Source: Eledone cirrhosa (Eukaryota). Taken from it: 64,000 nucleotides of DNA. The number at the start of each line of letters is the position of its first letter. Position 1 is the stretch's first letter. The translations under genes and the position numbers were made by a program. The DNA is taken from assembly GCA_964016885.1 (NCBI GenBank), contig OZ024759.1, positions 33,170,001-33,234,000 on the forward strand. Reading direction: 5' to 3'. The notes beneath the pieces are model-generated. The model saw nothing but the letters and a program-made list of their open reading frames with translations. It ran no database searches and was not told the DNA's origin. Below, piece after piece: positions 20,496-36,663 of this stretch.

Positions 20496-20565
<70 letters not shown>

Positions 20566-21089
20566 TGGCTGCCAACTCGTTTTCGAGAACCCCTACCGAA
20601 GCGCTGAACGAGTGTGACTTTTTAGTCCAGCCAGCGACTTAAAAACTCTGGTACAAACACTACACTTGTGACAATTATTGACACATAGTGCTGGGCCCAT
20701 GGTACCATGTGAGGACAAGTGCAGAGAGATCTCCAGATATAAAGCAATGCCTGTGCCGTGAAGCTTTTATAGTGAGCAAAGGCACTGCACAAAGCCAGTC
20801 CCACTCTCTTAACCAAGATGATATTTACCAAAAAGAAGAACAAGTCAACATCATTGGATACCATCAGGGTTGCAGGTGTTATATCAGAGGTTTCCTTGTC
20901 CTAGAATTCTGCCTTGACAAAGGCTAAGGGGTCATCTCTCCAGGTGATTTTGGATGGCCATTGACTCTTAAGAGCTCCTTTGCCCTTTGACAGGTTTTGT
21001 TTTTAGTCCTGCAGGATGTCCAAAGTCACCCTCCTTACCAAGAAACCTTGGTGGGGTTGCCAGTTTAATCGCCAACGACCCGACCATGA

Positions 21090-21127
<38 letters not shown>

Positions 21128-21507
21128 CAGACAAGATTTAGTTAAATATTAAAGTATAGAGTTCTAATGGACTATTGGAGTTAAAGATATTTTCCAGTTA
21201 CAACCTTATACCACTTTGTTATAAATCAGAGACTGTTAGTTATATGCTTCTTATAATATATATACCGAGATCCTAAATATATATTCAGTTTATATATATA
21301 TTTTTTCACATATATCATTCTTCGGTGTATAATATTATTCTCTCGCCTACTTCTAGAAAGAAAACACACATTTTCAAACGTGTTTATTGCAGAGAAATTA
21401 TTACCTGTATCGTTTAGAAAAAAAGAGAAATCTATATGAATTTATGTATATGTGTATATCTATGTAGGTGTTGTATGTATTTGCTGAAGTGTGATTCAGC
21501 ATACGGG

Positions 21508-21580
<73 letters not shown>

Positions 21581-21702
21581 ATATATATATATGTATATAT
21601 ATAGTGGAATACGCTGATTGTAGATATATATTTACGTTTTTTATTTATAAATATGCAAAAGACGACTGTAGTAACACGGATATATTATTACACGTTTTTA
21701 GG

Positions 21703-21748
<46 letters not shown>

Positions 21749-21814
21749 ATACACATATATATATTTTAGTCTTCACATTTATTATTATTACTATATATAC
21801 CTATATATTTACTA

Positions 21815-21863
<49 letters not shown>

Positions 21864-21868
21864 CTAAT

Positions 21869-21899
<31 letters not shown>

Positions 21900-22078
21900 C
21901 ATATATATTTACTAATATATAAATATATATATATACATATATATTTACTAATATATGTATGTATATATATATATATATATGTATGTACACATATATATAT
22001 ATACATATATACATACATATATATATATATACATATATACATATATATATATACATATATATATACATATATATATAC

Positions 22079-22127
<49 letters not shown>

Positions 22128-22424
22128 GAGAGAGAAAGGCTCTCACAGTAGGTTTTATGTTATCCTGTAGTTACTATTGGTCTCATCATCTTGGTATCTT
22201 CAGTTCAACAGATCAGGCTTCTAATGAAGTAGAATTGATTGTATACGTGCCCCACAACAAAGCTTGCTTCCTTTACAATTGTTCCAACTACGAATGTAAT
22301 ACATGAATAAGTAAATATATATCTCCTTCAATATCTTCTAAAATATCTTCTTCAATTCCTGAAGATCGCCACCATTGAAAAGACACAATGTTATCTATAA
22401 GCTCAATATCTGCTGGTGTCGATG

Positions 22425-23424
22425 TGTATGCCTGTGTCTTTGTATGATTGTGTGTGTGTCTGTGTGTATGTCTGCGTGTGTGTATGTGTCTCTGTATGAT
22501 TGTGCGTATGTGTATGTCTGCGTGTGTGTATATGTCTTTGTATGATTGTGTGTGTATGTCTGCGTGTGTGTATGTGTCTCTGTATGATTGTGTGTAAGTG
22601 TGTGTATGTATGCGTGTGTATATATGTATTTGTATGATTGTGTGTGTGTGTATGTCTGCGTGTGTGTATGCGTCTATGTATGCTTGTGTGTGTGTGTATG
22701 TCTTTGTATGATTGTTTGTATGTGTATGTCTGCGTGTGTGTATGTCCACATACATGTGTATGTGGACATACACAATCATACACACATACGTGTTTATGAT
22801 TGTGTGTATGTCTGCGTGTGTGTATGTCCACATACATGTGTATGTGGACACACACAATCATACACACATGCGTGTGTATGATTGTGTGTGTGTGTGTATG
22901 TCCACGTGTGTGCATGTCTCTTTGTATGATTGTGTGTGTGTATGTCCGCGTGTATGTCTCTGTGTCAGTATGCGGGTGTATGTTTGTGTGTGTGTCTGTC
23001 TATGTATGATTGTGTGTATATGTATTCCCATGTGTGTGTAAGTCTCTGGGTCAGTATGTGTGTGTGTGTCTATGTTTGTGTTTGTCTGTGTGTTTGTGTG
23101 ACTGTTTTTGTATGTGTGTGTGTGTATGACTGTGTTTGTGTGAGTATGTCTCTGTGTGAGCGTGTAGGTCTGTGAGGGTATGTGTGTGTATATGTCTGCG
23201 TATGTGTATGTATGTGTGTGACTGAGTGTGTGTGGGTATATATGTCTGTGTGTTTGTGTGTCTGTATGTGTGTCTGTGTTTGTGTGTGTATGTGTCTGAG
23301 TGTATGAAACTGTGTGGGTGTATAGTGTGCATTACTGAAGGTGTTGGCAGTAAGCCATTCTGCGCACGCATGCGTATATTTGTGTTTGTTAATGTACAAG
23401 TATGTATGTGTGTATGTGTGTGTG

Positions 23425-23458
<34 letters not shown>
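22425..23458. repeat. Complex (GT)-rich minisatellite
   Basis: Recurrent tgtatgattgtgtgtgtatgtctgcgtgtgtg units. Confidence 0.9.
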
Positions 23459-23571
23459 ATTCTTATATATTCTTATATGACTGTTCATAATTTTATCTGA
23501 TTGATCGTAAATAAGTTTCGTGTGCATATACATACATATATATATACATACATACATACTTACATACATAC

Positions 23572-23603
<32 letters not shown>

Positions 23604-23638
23604 CCATATATACATATACATATATAAACACACACACG

Positions 23639-23710
<72 letters not shown>

Positions 23711-23725
23711 CATATATATATATAT

Positions 23726-23758
<33 letters not shown>

Positions 23759-24037
23759 CATACATAGATATAGAGATAGTGTGAGAGGCAGACAGATAGA
23801 CACATGCTCCCGGCATATAAACTTACCGTGTCATTGTTAAGGTCCTTTTTTATACATACACTCATATATATATATAGTTGTATATAAATCGATACATGCA
23901 TATATCGCTGTGACTATCGATATATCAAATCATTATATATACACTTTTTTATCTGCCCACACATCTTTCTTGCTTTCTATCTGTCTGTGTGTCTGCCACT
24001 TTCATTCTCCCTACTTTCTCTCTTATATATATACTGT

Positions 24038-24150
<113 letters not shown>

Positions 24151-24183
24151 CATAAATATATATATATACATATATATATGTAC

Positions 24184-24235
<52 letters not shown>

Positions 24236-24249
24236 CCATATATATATAC

Positions 24250-24298
<49 letters not shown>

Positions 24299-24299
24299 A

Positions 24300-24330
<31 letters not shown>

Positions 24331-24347
24331 CATATACATATAAATAA

Positions 24348-24378
<31 letters not shown>

Positions 24379-24391
24379 CATATACATATAA

Positions 24392-24538
<147 letters not shown>

Positions 24539-24551
24539 AATATAAATATAT

Positions 24552-24615
<64 letters not shown>

Positions 24616-25954
24616 CAACATCGATTAAATTTTAAGCAAACAATCTCCATTTTACGTATGAGGATGAAAGCAAAAATTGTTTGCTTAAATTTTTAATCTG
24701 TACTAAAAATAAATACTTTACTCATTGGTTATATTATATATCGTTGGGTATATACACATTATATATTTATATATACCTAACTATGCAATAGCAAGCCAAA
24801 TAACCTGGGTGTATCTACAGTTCTGGTACAACATAGCACTCTATATTCATATATGATATTGCCCATTACTTTGTAGTATATAAGTAGGAAAATAACAACA
24901 TTGGTAACATTATCAACCAGTACACCACGGTATTAAAATCATCAACAACACTTACAACAACACCAACAACAAAGACCAGAACGAGAACTGAAATTCTGTC
25001 AATACCAACCACAGTTGCAATAGCAGTCGAATTAACAGACATTTACATATATACATAGAAGATATTCACCAAAAAAAACACAACAGCAACAGCCAGAAGA
25101 ACGACAAATGCTTCTGATCTTTGAGACATAACGCTGCACTTCACTGCAAATATTTAACACAACTCACATAAGTACCAACCTCTATGATACTATTATATAT
25201 ATATATATCTATATATATCTATATATATCTATATATATATGTCCCAGCACATATATCATATGTAATGTATGTACATTTTTTGGTCTCTAAATAAAAGAAC
25301 ATCCTTATTGTATGTTTGTAGGGTTATCATCATAAATATACAATTATATTTTTGGCTTTTGCAGTTTTTTTGATGTTCCTTATTTATGTTTATGTTACTG
25401 ATGGCGGTTTTTTGCACTCGAATCTTTTTTCTTTCTCTTTTAATCGAGTTGTTTGAAAATTTGAAATCACAAAGAAACGTTACATGTTTCGGAATATCGC
25501 AGCGTGTGCAACATAATGTTCTATACATTACGAAATATACGTGTATGGTTGACCAAATATGCATATACACACATGTATGTATGCACATTACCCATGCACA
25601 TATATACATATACACATAGGTAGATGAGTGAGCTTAGATGTATCTTCTTTGTACTATGTCGTTTGCTTTATTATTTATGTTGTTTTATTGCACATACGCA
25701 CACACACAAACACACACTGAAATTGACACACTCACACACAGACAAACACACACTCAAATACACAAACACACATACACACACATATATATATATACAAATA
25801 TAAATTTATTTATATATATTTACATGTGTGTACACGTATATATGTTTTATTCTATATATATATATATATATATAATGTATTTATAGATATATTTACATTT
25901 TTGTGTGTACATATGCACGCATTGTTGTAAATGATACAATCTTGCCGGACTGAA

Positions 25955-25998
25955 CGTATAAGGGTGAAAGCAGCGATTCTTTAAACTTTAATCTGTTA

Positions 25999-26005
<7 letters not shown>
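25955..26005 (+). mobile_element. Family B fragment (3' half of hammerhead-like motif)
   Basis: taagggtgaaagcagcgattct..aaactttaatctgttattttaata matches 57177-57228. Confidence 0.75.
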
Positions 26006-26045
<40 letters not shown>

Positions 26046-26424
26046 TTCGTATCACGTACATGTACAATATAATTAGAAAGGACATGAATGTCACCGTATG
26101 ATAAACATTACATGCAATGTTGAGAGTCAGCCTCAAACAAAATCTTTTGGAATATTACAATCTTTACTTTTCTATGTTGAAATTAAATCATGAAACGCAG
26201 AATATTTCTCATGGCGTAGAAAATCATTTCATATGAAAGAAAAAGATTTAGAAGAATCTCGTAGGTTTTCAAGGAGGTTGACAAGAGAGAAACCAAGATT
26301 GCTTCATTAAAATACAGGAAATAATGTAATTGTCGTCATATTGAGACTTAGAGATGTAACCTGTAAAGACAGCAGCTAAATGCATATGTTAATATATATA
26401 TATAAACATCTATCTATCTATCTA

Positions 26425-26467
<43 letters not shown>

Positions 26468-27246
26468 GTATATATATACATGTATACATATACACATATA
26501 TATATATATATGTTTCTGAAGCTAAGTCGAAAATAATTTATACCATATATTTAGGCACACATATGTGTTTGAATGAGTGTATGTTGTTATATGTGTATGT
26601 ACAAGGTTATCTTATCCATGTTTATAAAGATATTTAGTGAGAGATTGTGAAATAGAAAAATTTCAGAATCGTATAAGAGGAGAAAAATTTACAGATCAAA
26701 ATAGTGAAGGTTAAATATGTAGTTACAACTTCCCGGATAAATAATAAACAAAATTGTTAAATAAATACATTATTGGTAAACTAGACATACATATCAATAA
26801 ACAAATAAAAATACTAAACAAATGTATAGATAAATTTATAAAAACAAATTTAGAAAATATAGCAAATTAGAAACTACTAAAATACTGCAAGTATTTGAAA
26901 AAATGTGTAAAATACAAGCAAACAGAATACAAAATGCAACAGAAATGTAAAATCTAAAATGGCGTCAATATGTGTGTTGTTTCTTTAACATAGAATGATA
27001 TGAAATGTATCTTTTCTTTTTTAAATTTGTTACTTCCAGTTAGGTTTTCACGTCTCTTTCTGAGAAGCTCACTTCAGTCTGAGAAAGAAGGAAATCATAT
27101 CCATTCCTAAATGAAATCTTCAATCTAATTATGTGAGACAGAAACGGAGCACAGTTAAATCAAAGTAATAGCTTACAGCAGACTAACGTGCTTCAAACTC
27201 AAGTTCTGTTTTTCTGAAGCTCTATCATTCTTTCTCTGTATGTTTG

Positions 27247-27285
<39 letters not shown>

Positions 27286-27360
27286 ATGTGTGTGCGTGTG
27301 TGCGTGTGTATGTAAATGTGTGTAAGGATATATAAATATATCTATATAAATATGTATACT

Positions 27361-27396
<36 letters not shown>

Positions 27397-27418
27397 TATG
27401 TATATGTAAATGCATATA

Positions 27419-27509
<91 letters not shown>

Positions 27510-27699
27510 ATTCATGACTATATATATATATATATATGTATATATATAGGTATATATATATGAATACATATATATATAAATGAGAGAGAGAGAGAAAGGA
27601 ATGCAGGGAGAAAGTAAAGGTGAGACAGATTTACTTATACATGTATATGTATGTGTGGGTATAGATATATCTCTCCTTATATATAGATGTATGTATATT

Positions 27700-27832
<133 letters not shown>

Positions 27833-28059
27833 TATTAAGATATAAAACAGGTCTGTGATTATGTGTAACGCATGAGGGGGTCACATCTCGGTTCCAATGA
27901 AATACCTCTGTTCATGACAAAAGAATCTTTTCTTGTCTCGAAAACGTGTCAAAACGTCTCTAAATTGTTAAACACATCTGAGAACTTGAAAAATACATAT
28001 AAATATATGCATGCCTATGTGTATTCACAAGCGCAGCGACTTGCACGTGCACGATCAGA

Positions 28060-28135
<76 letters not shown>

Positions 28136-28136
28136 T

Positions 28137-28175
<39 letters not shown>

Positions 28176-28178
28176 AAT

Positions 28179-28305
<127 letters not shown>

Positions 28306-28342
28306 TATATATAAATATATATATAAATATATAAATAGATAT

Positions 28343-28373
<31 letters not shown>

Positions 28374-28390
28374 AATATATAAATAAATAT

Positions 28391-28425
<35 letters not shown>

Positions 28426-28465
28426 AATATATACATAAATATATATATATGTGTGTATATATATA

Positions 28466-28505
<40 letters not shown>

Positions 28506-28661
28506 TATGTGTATATACATATGTATATATATATATAAATGTATGTATATATATATATATAGACATATGTGTATATACATATGTTTATATATATATATAT
28601 AAATGTATTTATATATATATATATGTGTGTGTGTGTGTATATATGTATATTTACATATGTA

Positions 28662-28719
<58 letters not shown>

Positions 28720-28851
28720 CATTTCTATATACATATATATATATACATATTTATATATATACATATATACACACATATAGATATATATACATATATATAT
28801 ACATAAATATATATATATATAAATATATATGTGCGTATGTCTATATGTCTC

Positions 28852-28896
<45 letters not shown>

Positions 28897-29045
28897 GTGT
28901 GTGTACATGGGTAAACACATACAGATGCATATTTAAACAAAGAAAGAACCAGAGAATGTAGGAAGATCAGGGAAAGGGAAATAGACGTAACTTTATCAAA
29001 GTAAGACGCCTGGATTTTCACTCAAAGAATGACATCATATGACAC

Positions 29046-29129
<84 letters not shown>

Positions 29130-29358
29130 AATGCATTAATATTCTGGTTGTATGTATTTTGTCTTTGACGGCTGTGCAACCTTGTTATCCTCTTTTTCTA
29201 ATATCTATATATCTATACACACCTTCTTTCTCTTCTTTAACTTCTTCTTCTGCTTTTCTCTATATATGCATATACACATAGATACGGGTATATTCATACA
29301 TATATACTTAAATATTTATAAATTCACAGAAATATATATTCATATATATATATATATA

Positions 29359-29439
<81 letters not shown>

Positions 29440-29976
29440 ACCATATCCATTGAATCAATAATAGCTAAGTTCATAGCAAGTTGGATTTGTGCTTTATTTC
29501 CTCTGGTGTCATATATGATATAATATATTATAGAGTAGCATATTTCCGCATGACATATCTTATTCCATATCACAGCATATCGAATGATTTTAAGATATTA
29601 TGCAATGGATAATGTCTATAACATATGGTATCATATACAATATTAAGAAAGTATTTTCATTTTTCGTATATATTTTTTTGGTTTGTTTTTCAGAAAACAG
29701 AATGACTTCACTTTATAGATGATATATTATTCTATGCGAAACCTCGTCTCGTTTGTTAATTTTATCACTGGTATCAGTTCACTGGTCTAGGGCCCAGCGG
29801 GATCAAGGCCATTGAGGTTTTAGTAGCTCATATGAAACCAGTAATGTTAGGTAGTGTGTTGCTGTTTATTTCATCAACTGTCGATTTCTTCTCTCATATA
29901 ATATATAGAGAGCCACTTCGTAAACAACACCAGCGTAAACAGAAACATAAAATATGTCACCACCACCCAATATATA

Positions 29977-30027
<51 letters not shown>

Positions 30028-30029
<2 letters not shown>

Positions 30030-30217
30030 CGAAGGAAATGTGGTAAGGAACCAGGTGGACCGTAACGCACCAAAGTACTCAATACTTAGGATAGTAGAGT
30101 GGGTAATAGGAACGAGTAGGACCCAGACGGCTCAGCTCAAGCCGTTTCGACAGCTAATTCTGGACTCAAAATTAGCTGTCGAAACGGCTTGAGCTCAGCC
30201 GTGGGGTCCTACTCGTT

Positions 30218-30221
<4 letters not shown>
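30028..30221 (-). mobile_element. TA-embedded fold-back element, family A, with half-hammerhead
   Basis: Homologous to 14218-14406; palindrome centred on gacagctaatt..aattagctgtc. Confidence 0.87.
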
Positions 30222-30276
<55 letters not shown>

Positions 30277-30299
30277 ATATATATATATATGTTTCGACG

Positions 30300-30335
<36 letters not shown>

Positions 30336-30337
<2 letters not shown>

Positions 30338-30386
30338 TTTCAGAAGATCCCGTAGTAGGATGAAAACAGAAATTCTTTGCTTAAAC
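30336..30386 (+). ncRNA. Family B hammerhead-like motif with CAGAAGA core (diverged copy)
   Basis: GUUU-CAGAAGA-UCCCGUAGUAGGAU-GAAA-ACA..UGC-UU-AAAC. Confidence 0.55.
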
Positions 30387-30524
30387 CTTAACCTGAATTA
30401 ATAATAATTATTTGCTCTACGTGTTTATATATACTTTATATATATATATATATACTTTTTATTATATTTTGTCGATCGACTTTCGTCAAATCGGACCGAG
30501 GAAACATTGTTTCCATTGGTCTTT

Positions 30525-30586
<62 letters not shown>

Positions 30587-30593
30587 TTGTGTG

Positions 30594-30636
<43 letters not shown>

Positions 30637-31022
30637 GTGTGTATATATATATATATAAACGATGAGAATGGCGCAGCAACAGAACGAGAGGTTGAGTTAT
30701 ACGAAGAGACACACAAAGACATTCCGCTCGCTCAACTTAACACAAAAAGAGACATTATCACTGTTTGATAGACGATGTATTCTCGAATAAGAAATCTTCA
30801 TTTTTTCCTTAGATAAGTTGTCATGTGTCTTAATATGTTTGTTGTTATATTAAGTGTTGTTGGTTTTTTAAAACTTATATCAAAGATAAGCTCGATGAAA
30901 CAAGATATTTTTTAAGTAAACTTAATAGAACTACACACTCATGCGGACACACACGGACACACACATATATGTATGTGTGTATATATATATAATATATATA
31001 TAATATATACACAACATATATA

Positions 31023-31101
<79 letters not shown>

Positions 31102-31236
31102 ATACATAATATATATAGATGTATATAATATATATATGTATATAATATACATAATATATATATATGTGTATAATATATATATGTATATAATATTTATATG
31201 GATATAAATATATATATAGAAATATATATATAGATA

Positions 31237-31273
<37 letters not shown>

Positions 31274-31292
31274 ATATATATATATATATATG

Positions 31293-31408
<116 letters not shown>

Positions 31409-31669
31409 TACTTATGAGTATCCAGTGAAGGAGAGGAGCAAATCTTGCACTGATAGCAACACAGTGATCGATCAAATACGACCAAGTGATTTAATCGAAG
31501 GAAATATATAAAAAAGCAGAGAAAGATGACAGTTGCATAATTGAGAAAGTGTGTATAGGTCAAGCGTGATAAGGGAGTAAGTATAGGCGCACACACACAC
31601 ACCTATATATATATACATACATACACACAACCATGGTTTGAACTACCACTCACACAATCACACACTTGC

Positions 31670-31717
<48 letters not shown>

Positions 31718-31738
31718 TTCATATATATATATATATAA

Positions 31739-32125
<387 letters not shown>

Positions 32126-32186
32126 CTCCTCTATATCTCTTTTTCATGTCCCTGATAAACAGGCAAAGCTCCATAGTGACACGACG

Positions 32187-32228
<42 letters not shown>

Positions 32229-32246
32229 TTATATACATAGACATTC

Positions 32247-32277
<31 letters not shown>

Positions 32278-32344
32278 GACATTCATATATATATATATAT
32301 ATATATATAGACATTCATATATATATATATATTATATATAGACA

Positions 32345-32433
<89 letters not shown>

Positions 32434-32828
32434 CGTAAGATGAGAAAATTATAAAATTATAAAAAAATTATAAAATTGACTTACTTACTAAAATATCACT
32501 TCCAACTAATTAGTTTCTGGAATAGAGTAAATATATTTTCCGAAGAACATATCGAAAAGCATTCCGTCGTCAGGAAAGTCTGTTTTCATGTAAGTTTCCA
32601 GGCCTAGCGAGGACTCTGGAAACTTATTAAAAAAAATAATTCAGTGGAGAGGAAATAGCGAAGCGTGGACTGAAATCCTAGCCATTGAGAAAATCATTGT
32701 CTCTACGTCCGTGGCAAATTCAAAAAGAATCAATCACGTGACATCGAGGTCAATCAGTGGAAAGCGAGTTGTTAAAAAGACAGCGGCCTGCCTACTCTGC
32801 TATAGTAGTAGGTGTGTCGAAACAAATA

Positions 32829-32956
32829 TTGTTATACTTGGGGCGGGTGATATTTGTGTAATATTGCCAGAATTAATAACAGAACACACTCACTGTTTGG
32901 TTGATTTCTGTTATTAATTCTGGCAATATTACACAAATATGACCCTCCCCAAGTAT

Positions 32957-32961
<5 letters not shown>
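32829..32961. repeat. Fold-back, 56-bp arms with ~21-bp spacer
   Basis: 32829-32884 versus 32906-32961; ends in (TA)n. Confidence 0.88.
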
Positions 32962-32997
<36 letters not shown>

Positions 32998-33018
32998 TTC
33001 ATATATATATATATATAT

Positions 33019-33074
33019 TTGTTCGGATCTAGCTGTCAAAACGGCCGGAACGCAGCAGTCGGGGTCCTGAACCT

Positions 33075-33080
<6 letters not shown>
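33019..33080 (+). mobile_element. Diverged family A-related half-hammerhead island
   Basis: agctgtcaaaacggc..gcagtcggggtcc between TA tracts. Confidence 0.55.
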
Positions 33081-33117
<37 letters not shown>

Positions 33118-33508
33118 TACGCTATATGTATATATTCATTTATCGAGGCTAAGTAGTGAGTCTTGTCTCTCTGGAGTTTTGTCTGTTTACCACAGGTCAT
33201 TAGACTCAGTAAAACGTATTCTATTATTTAATTCGTCAACCACATAGGAAATATGTTTATATCTATAAACCTTTTCCACGTAGGGGTTTTATTTAAAACT
33301 TGCTTGGGGGTAGAATATAACAATATGATTGTTATAAGTCGGGTAAACATGGAATATATATATATGTATGTGTAGAATCTGTATGCATATGTCTACGTAC
33401 GTGTATATACATTAATATTATCTATGTAGGCATATTATAACGTGAGAGGTCATTACGGATGATAAAATGGACGATGAAACTAGTGAGTTGAATGAGTTGA
33501 AATGGTTA

Positions 33509-33609
<101 letters not shown>

Positions 33610-33717
33610 CTTGTACATATATATGTACATGTATGTATATATATATAAATAAATATATATATTTACATATATACATAAATATTTTTATATATATATATAT
33701 ATACATATATACATAAA

Positions 33718-33773
<56 letters not shown>

Positions 33774-33852
33774 TTTGTACATATATATGTACATGTATGT
33801 ATATATAAATAAATGAATATATATATTTACATATATAAATAAATATTTATAT

Positions 33853-33885
<33 letters not shown>

Positions 33886-33943
33886 AGTTTGTACATATAT
33901 ATGTACATGTACGTATATATATATATTTACATATATAAATAAA

Positions 33944-33991
<48 letters not shown>

Positions 33992-34390
33992 CGATCGAAA
34001 GAGACAGAGTGATAATGAAAGAAAGAAACTGTTGATAAATTTGAACGAAATATATATTTCCATTTCCAGGAACGCAGCAGGGTGAAAGTCGCCATATAGA
34101 GACAGACGACAGGAAATAGAGAACGACTGATATTATGATAAGGTTAGATTGTTTGAAACACTTTAAATTATAATATCGCTGTAATATTAAAGATGGAGAC
34201 ATCAAAGCAAAAGTTGCACGAGATTCTTGGCTTCTTTGAAAAGAATGTAAATTATAAATGAAAATAAATTTATGTCTATTTAAACAGTGTGAACGTAGAA
34301 ATGTAAATATGTACACATCCACGTATCGTATACAGCAACACTTACCTACACATATATGAGGTGTTTGTTATATGTATATGTATATATATA

Positions 34391-34423
<33 letters not shown>

Positions 34424-34495
34424 GTATCGCAGTTAATGTATAAATTCCTCACATCTGAGTATATATATATATATATATATATATGTAGATGTATG

Positions 34496-34547
<52 letters not shown>

Positions 34548-34592
34548 AAATGTAAACAAGAATAACAACACAATCGGTATAGTATATGGAAG

Positions 34593-34629
<37 letters not shown>

Positions 34630-34645
34630 ATATATTTATTATTAT

Positions 34646-34694
<49 letters not shown>

Positions 34695-35122
34695 TACATA
34701 TATATATATATACATATACACATATAGGTATGTATATGTAAATACATATATGTAATCAGTTGCGTGGAATTTAAATATTTATCAACAAATATACGTTTGA
34801 TAAAATCGGTTTCTTTATTCGTGGTTGTTTATACTTAAAGAAACCATTAGAAATACACGGATTGTGAGACAAGTATATTACTAGAGACCCTCTAATGTGG
34901 CTCGCGGTGGCCTGATGGAGTTATTCACATTTGGGTCAAAATACCCTATATTCACGAGTAATAGTCGATCTCATATTTTTGGCGAAAAAATCTGGAATTT
35001 TCCATTGATTTCGTATAGGATTCAACTCTAGAATTTCACTGGATATATAAAACACGCATATATGTTTACCTATATGCATACATTATGTATTTATATATAC
35101 ATACACACACATATATATATAT

Positions 35123-35299
35123 GTAATAATAATAAATGCGAAGACTAAAATCCAAAGAGGGCTCGATAAGGATAAATATATATCAAATATATAAGAACCC
35201 TAGAGCAAATATTTATTGGGTTTTTTTTTAGTTTCAGAAGATCCCGTTAATGGTGAAAGCAGCGATTTTTTGCTTAAACTTTAATCTGTTATTTTAATA
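35123..35299. mobile_element. Family B element, rearranged (distal part inverted)
   Basis: 35123-35217 is the reverse complement of ~57224-57319; 35230-35299 is direct to 57165-57228. Confidence 0.85.
35230..35280 (+). ncRNA. Family B hammerhead-like motif with CAGAAGA core
   Basis: AGUUU-CAGAAGA-U CC CGUUAAU GG U-GAAA-GCA GCGAUUUUU UGC-UU-AAACU. Confidence 0.68.
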
Positions 35300-35377
35300 T
35301 ACATACATACATACATACATACATACATACATACATACATACATACATCGAGGTATCATCGTGTACGTAGAAATAAT

Positions 35378-35566
35378 TGTTTCTACTTTTGGCACAAGGC
35401 CAGCAATTATCCAGTGTATTACTGGTACTTTATTTTATCAACCCCGTAAGGATGAAAGGCAAAGTTAACCTAAGCAGGATTTGAACTCATACCGTAAAGG
35501 GTTACAACTCCATGCTGCAAAGCATGGCGTCCGACGCTCTACCGATACTGCCAATCCACCACCCTT
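35378..35566 (-). mobile_element. SINE S1 full length
   Basis: Family match; TSD gtgta(c/t)gtagaaataatt. Confidence 0.92.
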
Positions 35567-35584
35567 GTGTATGTAGAAATAATT

Positions 35585-35770
35585 ATTTCTACTTTTGGCA
35601 CAAGGCCAGCAATTATCTCAGTGTATTACTGGTACTTTATTTTATCGACCCCGTAAGGATGAAAGGGAAAGTTAACCTCGGCGGGATTTGAACGCAGAAT
35701 GGCAAGGGCCGTAACTATATGCGTCAAAGCATGGTGTCCGACCTTCTACCGATACTGCCAATCCACCGCC
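35585..35770 (-). mobile_element. SINE S1 full length, tandem
   Basis: Family match; third TSD-like copy atgtatatagaaatatt at ~35773. Confidence 0.92.
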
Positions 35771-36311
35771 ATATGTATATAGAAATATTACTGTTACAAA
35801 GTTTGTCATGAATTTAAGACACATTTCTATTACTGCAATTACATGTCTAAAATTATAATTCCCAGCTACAACTATTATGAAGCATGACTTTGCTTGTATT
35901 GACGCTATATGTTTCTGTTAGCAATGTAGGAATTTTTTTTTTATAATTCTCTCATACATTGTATTAGGGTGTGTGCTTGTTTAATTGCTATAATTAAGTT
36001 CATTTCATTTTGATATTGCCAGTTTAAAAATGTAGAAATGTATATATATATGTGTATGTGTGTATGTGAAAGTGTATGTGTGTGTGTCTGCGTAGCGTGC
36101 GTGTGTGTAGTGTATGTGCGTGTGAGTGTGTGTGCGTGTGAGTGTGTCTGTGTGTGCGTGTGAGTGTGTAGTGTCTGTGTGCAAATTTCATCTGCCAATA
36201 TTTCTATATTCATCTATGTATACATCCTATTGCGTATATATGTGTAAATACACACACCTTTAAATATATATATATATACCCACACACACATACATACATT
36301 TTTAAGTACGG

Positions 36312-36370
<59 letters not shown>

Positions 36371-36497
36371 CACATATATGTATATACTATACACGCATAT
36401 ATATATAATATACATATAAATACACACACACGCATATATATATAATACACACACACACACACACATACAGACACACATATATATATATATATATATG

Positions 36498-36534
36498 TTC
36501 AATGTCTCTATATAATCAAGCCTCTGGAGATGGA

Positions 36535-36621
<87 letters not shown>

Positions 36622-36663
36622 TTATTACCATCTCCAGAGGCTTGATTATAGAGAGACACTGAA
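36498..36663. repeat. 36-bp inverted repeat flanking a TA tract
   Basis: ttcaatgtctctatataatcaagcctctggagatgg / ccatctccagaggcttgattatagagagacactgaa. Confidence 0.85.

Larger units (their letters stand above)
20050..20502. mobile_element. Fold-back PLE-like element, family E, 130-bp inverted arms
   Basis: Arms 20149-20278 and 20373-20502 with about 5 mismatches; ends in (TA)n. Confidence 0.88.

Noticed and set aside
22354-22402. CTGAAGA..GAAA spacing
   Set aside because: Stems I-III do not pair; chance match.
27920-27957. GACAA..TTGTC-TC-GAAA-ACGT-GTC-AAAAC
   Set aside because: Resembles a hammerhead 3' half but lacks CUGAnGA and has no second copy here.
32545-32590. Minus-strand CTGACGA-CGGAATGCTTTTC-GATA hammerhead relic
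   Set aside because: GAAA mutated and no valid stem III/NUH register; at best a decayed copy.
34063-34118. Three-stem hammerhead-like topology
   Set aside because: Core reads CAGGAAC and the cleavage site AG; too many deviations.
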